From positions 6,087-70,086 of the forward strand of contig DASXLG010000070.1 of NCBI GenBank assembly GCA_036496425.1: 64,000 nucleotides of DNA. The letters are read 5' to 3'. The notes under the pieces are model-generated. The model was not told the DNA's origin and ran no database searches. It worked only from the letters and a program-made list of their open reading frames with translations. The translations under genes and the position numbers were made by a program. This DNA is from Terriglobia bacterium (GTDB lineage Bacteria > Acidobacteriota > Terriglobia > 20CM-2-55-15). Position 1 is the first letter of the stretch, and each line of letters starts with the position of its first letter. Shown in pieces: positions 58,929-64,000 of the stretch.

Positions 58929-60257
58929 TTACAAACTCAGGCGGCCGGTGCTGTGTCCGATCTGTTCCAGTTCAACGTTCGCCAGGTCCGCCACGGCAAG
59001 CAGCAGATTTGCGGTAGGCTCTTTGTTTTCGACGGCAATATGCCGATTCCCTTTCAGCCGGCCGTTCGCTCCGCCGATCAGGGCAGCCGGAGGCGTGTTG
59101 CGATCATGCGCGTTGCCGTTGCTCATACCGCTGCCGAAGTAAATGACGGCGCGATCGAGCAGGTTGCCGTCGCCATCCGGAGTCGCTTGCAGCTTAGCGA
59201 TGAACTCCGCGAGTTTCTGCGCGTGATAGGTGGTGATTCTCGCGTACTTCTCGATGTTTTCCGGCTTGTCTCCGTGATGCGAGACCGGATGATGCGGCTC
59301 GGGAATGCCGATATGAGCGTAACTGCGGCTGCTTCCCTCATGGCCGACCATAAAGGTAAAGACGCGCGAAATGTCGCCTTGAAACGCGAGGCGCATCAGG
59401 TCATAGGTCACCGTCATGTGCTCGTCGAAGGTGTCCGGAATTCCGAGCGGCGCCGCTGCGCCCTCTGGAACCGCGGCGGCGCGAGCTTCCATGCGATCGA
59501 GTTGCTGTTCGACGTCGCGGATATTGGACAGGTACTGCTCCAGGATGGCATTGTCCGCCGGCCCGAGTTTCTTCCGCATGGCGGCGGTTTCGCTGGCGAT
59601 CGAATCCAGCATGCTCAGTTTCTCTTTCAGGTTCGCCAGCCGCTTGCGCGAAGAACCGGCTTCGCCGAACATACGCTCGAACGTGACGCGCGGATTGATA
59701 TCCATCGGCAGCGGGCTCGTATCGTCGCGCCAGGAGACGGCGTTGAAGAAGACGCAGGGATAGCCATCGCAGGCGCCGGCCGACGTGCCCATGTCTTCCG
59801 TGCCGACCTGCAGCGAGCGCATCGGCGTATCGTCGGCAATTCCATCGGCAATGAATTGATCGACGGTCTTCTTGGACCGGATCACGGTGTACTCGGCCTG
59901 CTTCGTCAGCGGACCGACTCCGTTCAACCATGCCGCGCTGGCTCCCATGTGGACGCCGCCATTCTCGGGATTGCCGTCGGGCGCCTTCATCTTGCTCACA
60001 GTGACCACATAGTTCCGATAGGGCTCGAGCGGCTTCATGATCGGCTTGAACTCGAAGTCGCTGCCGACCTTGTCCGGATGCCACAACTGCGGATAGATCC
60101 CGTTCGGCACGTAAACCGCGCCAAAGCGGAACGGCCGCACTCTGGACTGAGCGGATAGCGCAGGTGTCATGGCGTCAAGAAAAGGCAGAGCGACCGCTGT
60201 CCCGAAGGCGCCGCGAAGGAAGGTACGGCGGTCGATATGTTTCTTTGTGATGATCAT
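58929..60257 (-). CDS. DUF1501 family protein (Tat-exported), module 5
   Basis: MIITKKHIDRRTFLRGAFGTAVALPFLDAM, with the family blocks AVYVPNG and HS.VIYFGSGMSNGNAHDRNTPP. An upstream in-frame extension to 60311 is possible. Confidence 0.8.
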   Translation of the reverse strand: MIITKKHIDRRTFLRGAFGTAVALPFLDAMTPALSAQSRVRPFRFGAVYVPNGIYPQLWHPDKVGSDFEFKPIMKPLEPYRNYVVTVSKMKAPDGNPENGGVHMGASAAWLNGVGPLTKQAEYTVIRSKKTVDQFIADGIADDTPMRSLQVGTEDMGTSAGACDGYPCVFFNAVSWRDDTSPLPMDINPRVTFERMFGEAGSSRKRLANLKEKLSMLDSIASETAAMRKKLGPADNAILEQYLSNIRDVEQQLDRMEARAAAVPEGAAAPLGIPDTFDEHMTVTYDLMRLAFQGDISRVFTFMVGHEGSSRSYAHIGIPEPHHPVSHHGDKPENIEKYARITTYHAQKLAEFIAKLQATPDGDGNLLDRAVIYFGSGMSNGNAHDRNTPPAALIGGANGRLKGNRHIAVENKEPTANLLLAVADLANVELEQIGHSTGRLSL

Positions 60258-60294
60258 AGGGATGGCTCCTGTTTCCAACTGGACTCTATTGGAT

Positions 60295-62691
60295 TTAATT
60301 CGCATTTTCATCCGTTTTCACCCTCATCTGGAACGGAGAGCTCTGGATGATTCCCAGAATAATGGATTGCATCGGATAGCTATTCTTTGCGGCGCTTCTC
60401 ATGATGCTCCGCACCACCGGCATATCGACCGGCTCGAGCCCGCGGCCCAGCGCATAGATCATCAGCTTTTCCGTTACCGTTCCGACGAACACTTCCGGAC
60501 GCGCCAGGATCGCTTTGCGCAGCGCCACCGGTCCATCGACAGGAGTGCCGTCGGCAAGCACGCCGGCAGAATCGATTTTCAGGCCGTCTTTTGTGGCGGT
60601 CTCCCACTTTCCGACCGCGTTGAAGTTCTCCAGCGCAAACCCGACCGGATCGATATTGCGATGACACGCGCCGCACACTGGATTCGCGCGGTGCAGCTCG
60701 AGCTGCTGGCGAACCGTGGTCGGGCGGTCCTTGGCTGCGCTCGCTTCGAGCGCCGGCACGTTGGGCGGCGGAGGCAGCGGAGGCGTATTCAGGAAATTCG
60801 AAATGATGAACTTCCCGCGCAGAACCGGCGACGTACGATTCGCGGCCGAGGTCAATGCCAGGAGACTGCCCTGTCCGAGCAGGCCGCGGCGGTTGGGATC
60901 GGTCAAGGTCACACGGCGGAAGCGCGAGCCGTACACGTTCGGGATTCCGTAGTGGCGCGCGAGCCGCTCGTTTACGAATGTGTAGTCGGCATCCAGCAGA
61001 TCGAGCACGCTGTGGTTTTCGCGCACGATGCTGGTAAAGAATAATTCCGTTTCGCGCCGGAACGCCTGGCGGACGTTGTCGTCGAAATCCGGAAACATCA
61101 ACAGGTCGGGAGTCACCTTGTCCAGATTGCGAAGCTGCAGCCACTGCCCGGCGAAGCCGGTCATCAGGCTGTCCGCGCGCTCGTCCGCAATCATGCGATG
61201 GACCTGCGCTTCAAGAACACGCGGGTCGTGCAGGCGGCCGGCGGCGGCCAGGTTCAGGAGTTCGTCGTCCGGGAAGCTGCTCCACAGGAAAAAGGAAAGC
61301 CGCGATGCCAGTTCGATATCGGTGATGCGATGCGGCGCGCCCGGCAGCAGCGCGGCCGGATCTTCTTCCGAACGGAAGACGAAGGCCGGGCTCGCCAGAA
61401 TCCGGGCAAGTCCCGCGCGAATGCCGGCGTCGAAGTCGCCGCCGTTCTTGCGAGCGTTGCTGTAGAAATCCATCGGCGCCTTCACATCGGCCGGCGTGAC
61501 CGGCCGGCGGAATGCACGGCGCGCCACGGTCGATAGAATGGTATTGGCGCAGGCGGCCTCTTTAACGGTTGCCGACGGCTTGCAGACGAACAGCCGTTTG
61601 CGCGAAGGCGTGTCGCTGACGCCGGTAACGTTGTACGGCCCCTGAATGTTTCCGGTGCGCAGTCTCGGAATGCCCGAAGGATTGTGCGCTTCGAGGCTGT
61701 CCCGCAGCACCGGCTGCCACACGTTCTGCTCCTGCGCCGGACGCTCGATGAATGTAAATCCAATCTCGTGGGAACCGGCGGTCACCGCGAGGCGCGGCGA
61801 AATCATCCGCCTATTGATCTCTTCGCGCGAAATCACGATATTCTTCGAGCTCGACTCGTGGTCGTCCTTGCCGCCGATCGGCACGGTGAAAACCTGCTCT
61901 CCATCGACAGTGACGATGAACTGATGCGGCGTCTCCTGGCCTTCGACTCCGACATAGCCTTCGGCCACCGTATCCAGCAGCCGGCCGTAGAACACATATT
62001 CGCCATCCGCCGGGAAATCATAATGAACCAGCATGCCGCCCCGCGTACCGAGCGGCAGTCCCTCGATGTGCTGGCCCTGCGTTACCGTGGTCGGGAGCGT
62101 GAACGACGCCGTTCCCGGATCGGCTTCGGCATCGCCGACCGCCTTTTCGCTGATCTCCAGCGCGGCGCTGAGGTAGCGCTCCAGCAGAAGAGGCGAGGTC
62201 GGCAGCGCTGTCGCGATATTGTCGAACCCGAAATCGCCACCGTCGCTCGGCAGATACTCGGCGGCATCTATTTTGATATCGAGAAGATCGCGAATGGCGT
62301 TCGCGTATTCGGTCCGGTTCAGACGATGCAGGACATACCGTCCCGGATTGCTGTTCTTGGCGGCGGCCGCATCGAGGCTGGTGATCAGCGTGGAACGAAA
62401 ATTATTCAGTTCGCCGGTTCCGGGAGTCGGAGAATTTCGCGGAGGCATCGAGCCGACGCCGAGTTTCTTGACGACCCGTTCCCAGACCGCCGCATCGGCG
62501 CCCGGATCTTTGAGGTTCGCCTTGTCCAGAATGAGCGGCGCGCCGGCCGGCGTCTTCGATTTCTCGTTGTGGCAGGTGACGCAGTACTTGTTCACCATCT
62601 CCTGATACGCGGCGGGATCCTTTGCTTGAGCCAAACCGGAGGTCGCCAGAGCAAGAGCGGCGAAGGCGAAGAGAAGAAAGGCGCAACTCAA
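60295..62691 (-). CDS. PSCyt/PSD multidomain di-heme family protein, module 5 (non-ATG start; a TTG at 62691 is proposed)
   Basis: (L/M)SCAFLLFAFAALALATSGLAQA signal, then ...YCVTCHNEKSKTPAGAPL. Family blocks include HRLNRTEYANAIRDLL, LLDADYTFVNERLARHYGIPN and FRRVTLTDPNRRGLLGQGSLLALTSAANRTSPVLRG. A C-terminal CGACHRNIDPVGFALENFN is present. There is no in-frame ATG upstream of the h-region, and the R2 repeat abuts the 5' end. Confidence 0.75.
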   Translation of the reverse strand: MSCAFLLFAFAALALATSGLAQAKDPAAYQEMVNKYCVTCHNEKSKTPAGAPLILDKANLKDPGADAAVWERVVKKLGVGSMPPRNSPTPGTGELNNFRSTLITSLDAAAAKNSNPGRYVLHRLNRTEYANAIRDLLDIKIDAAEYLPSDGGDFGFDNIATALPTSPLLLERYLSAALEISEKAVGDAEADPGTASFTLPTTVTQGQHIEGLPLGTRGGMLVHYDFPADGEYVFYGRLLDTVAEGYVGVEGQETPHQFIVTVDGEQVFTVPIGGKDDHESSSKNIVISREEINRRMISPRLAVTAGSHEIGFTFIERPAQEQNVWQPVLRDSLEAHNPSGIPRLRTGNIQGPYNVTGVSDTPSRKRLFVCKPSATVKEAACANTILSTVARRAFRRPVTPADVKAPMDFYSNARKNGGDFDAGIRAGLARILASPAFVFRSEEDPAALLPGAPHRITDIELASRLSFFLWSSFPDDELLNLAAAGRLHDPRVLEAQVHRMIADERADSLMTGFAGQWLQLRNLDKVTPDLLMFPDFDDNVRQAFRRETELFFTSIVRENHSVLDLLDADYTFVNERLARHYGIPNVYGSRFRRVTLTDPNRRGLLGQGSLLALTSAANRTSPVLRGKFIISNFLNTPPLPPPPNVPALEASAAKDRPTTVRQQLELHRANPVCGACHRNIDPVGFALENFNAVGKWETATKDGLKIDSAGVLADGTPVDGPVALRKAILARPEVFVGTVTEKLMIYALGRGLEPVDMPVVRSIMRSAAKNSYPMQSIILGIIQSSPFQMRVKTDENAN

Positions 62692-62703
62692 TCGTCGTGA
62701 GCG

Positions 62704-62880
62704 ACATTCCCCGCCTTTCCAAGGCGGGGTGGCTGCGCCATCAGTAAATATCCCCAGTCCTTGATCGGCGCAGACGGGGCGGTTGGTAACTTCCGACAAA
62801 ATAAGGTGCGCTTCGCGGCAATTGTCAGGTGGCTTCGCGACATTACTAACCACCCCTACCCCTCCTTGAAAAGGAGGGGA
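62704..62880. repeat. R2 structured repeat, copy d, in the 5' leader of the module-5 PSCyt gene
   Basis: acattccccgcctttccaaggcggggtggctgcgccatcagtaaa...cggcgcagacggggcggttggtaacttcc...ccctacccctccttgaaaaggagggga. It shares its core with copies b and c, and its terminal hairpin is identical to the one at 9468-9488. Confidence 0.8.
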
Positions 62881-62897
62881 ATGCTGCTCCCGCTTTC

Positions 62898-64000
62898 TCA
62901 TTGCGCCTCTCCAGCAGCAGGCGCAGCCGCAGCAGGCGGCAATCCCATCAATTGCCGCAAAAGTTTCGCGACATCCTGAGACGAAGCCGCTCCACGTCCG
63001 CCACGGCCGCGTGCTGCTCCAGCTGCGGGCGGCGCAGTTCCGCGTTCTCCCGCGTCCTTGGCTGCCGGTTTTTTCCCTTCCACAACATCGAGGGCGGTCA
63101 GACCGTCCTTGTTCGTGGCTTTGAAATCCACGCCCGCATTGGCAAGCGCGTGGATCATATCGAGATTCCCCACTTGCGCGGCCATCTGCAGCATCGGCGT
63201 TCCGTCGGGCCCCTTCGCGTTCGGATTGGCCCCCGCTTTAACGAGCAATGCAAAAGCCTCTTCCGGCTTGCGGCTTCCGGGTTCACGGTACGGTACCGTA
63301 CCGGAGCGGATGTATCCCGGTCCGCCCGTCATCGCGGGGCCGCGGCCGCCCGTCATCGTGACCATGGCTGGTGTCTTACCGGCGTTCGGATTGCCGCGCT
63401 GCCCGCGACCGCCTGCGGCCGCCGCGTCGGCAGGCGGCGCGTCTTTGGGTGGCGCGGGAGGAACCGGGATGATTCTGTCGATATCGATGCCGTGCGCGAT
63501 CATGACCTTCAAGGTCTCGACGTCCGACTCGACCGCAGCGCGCAAAAACGGCGAATTGTCGAAACGGTCGGTGTTGGGCATCGACGTCGAATGAAACTGG
63601 CCTGCGAATGGTTTGTACGGATCGGCGCCGCGCTCGAGCAGGAGCTTCACGAGATCCAATGCGGTCAACGTGTTCGGATGGTTCGGCCGCAGCCTGGAGC
63701 CGTCGAAGGCAAACTGGTCGGTGGTGGAATCGCGCATCTCAACGGCTGTGTAGAGCGAGCCGTCGTTGACATCTGCGCCAAAATCCCAGAGCTCCTTCGC
63801 GAGATCGAAGCGGTCATTATAGATAGCGATCATCGCGGCGGAGGCGCCGTCACCGTTCTTCAGGTTGAGATCCGCTCCGGCCTGGACAAGCCGCCCGACG
63901 ACATCTTCATATCCGTTGCGCGCGGCCCACATCAGAGCGGTGAAACCACCGGTGGGATGGTCGGCATTCTTACGTTCGGTGAGCGAGTTCACGTGCGCCT
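62898..64000 (-). CDS. Ankyrin-repeat protein, module 5; the N-terminus runs off the right edge
   Basis: ...HPTGGFTALMWAARNGYEDVVGRLVQAGADLNLKNGDGASAAMIAIYNDRFDLAKELWDFGADVNDG... are ankyrin repeats. The C-terminus is Ala/Gly/Pro-rich, and no start lies within the window. Confidence 0.75.
   Translation of the reverse strand, partial: AHVNSLTERKNADHPTGGFTALMWAARNGYEDVVGRLVQAGADLNLKNGDGASAAMIAIYNDRFDLAKELWDFGADVNDGSLYTAVEMRDSTTDQFAFDGSRLRPNHPNTLTALDLVKLLLERGADPYKPFAGQFHSTSMPNTDRFDNSPFLRAAVESDVETLKVMIAHGIDIDRIIPVPPAPPKDAPPADAAAAGGRGQRGNPNAGKTPAMVTMTGGRGPAMTGGPGYIRSGTVPYREPGSRKPEEAFALLVKAGANPNAKGPDGTPMLQMAAQVGNLDMIHALANAGVDFKATNKDGLTALDVVEGKKPAAKDAGERGTAPPAAGAARGRGGRGAASSQDVAKLLRQLMGLPPAAAAPAAGEAQ

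Overview
This is a GC-rich (about 60%) bacterial chromosome segment, most likely from an Acidobacteria-like soil organism, and it is densely coding on both strands. The lineage call rests on a two-repeat DUF3738/TIGR03435-like secreted protein, two very large TonB-dependent receptors with carboxypeptidase-regulatory-like domains that end in Phe, and many PSCyt/DUF1501 gene pairs.

The left 16 kb holds housekeeping-type genes: a partial SMC-like ATPase, an Rrf2 regulator, dinB, a tandem cyclophilin, a HAD hydrolase, a DUF374 acyltransferase, a rhodanese-ThiF fusion, a TonB receptor and two tandem beta-propeller paralogs. It also holds an AT-rich noncoding island with an 80-bp satellite, an Hsp20 remnant and a BrnT/BrnA toxin-antitoxin pair.

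The rest of the window (about 16.8 to 64 kb) is dominated by five paralogous operon modules. Each module is built around a roughly 760-870 aa exported PSCyt/PSD-family protein with two c-type heme motifs (N-terminal C-x-x-C-H-N and C-terminal C-x-x-C-H-x-x-M-D-P). This protein is always followed by a Tat-signal DUF1501 protein (sulfatase/alkaline-phosphatase fold). Every module also carries a secreted ankyrin-repeat protein; in two modules (M1, M2) it comes first and in two others (M3, M4) a Tat-exported metallo-beta-lactamase-fold protein comes first instead. Genes within modules are tightly coupled, with 1-11 nt gaps or 4-nt ATGA/GTGA overlaps.

The modules sit among two TonB-dependent receptors, a PQQ alcohol dehydrogenase, an ECF sigma/ChrR-like anti-sigma pair, a MOSC-HAD fusion, a peroxiredoxin, VOC enzymes, and a split NosR-like flavoprotein/polyferredoxin with the flavin transferase ApbE.

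Three interspersed repeat families are visible. The first is an 80-bp palindrome (GGAACACAAGAAGCACAA...TTGTGCTTCTTGTGTTCC) that supplies the N-terminal signal peptides of three unrelated exported proteins. The second is a 100-190 bp multi-hairpin element in the 5' leaders of the PQQ dehydrogenase and one PSCyt gene. The third is a GGGACAGACACCGAATTC hairpin at gene ends. There are also several long perfect palindromes and two tandem repeats. No rRNA, tRNA, CRISPR array or transposase was recognised.
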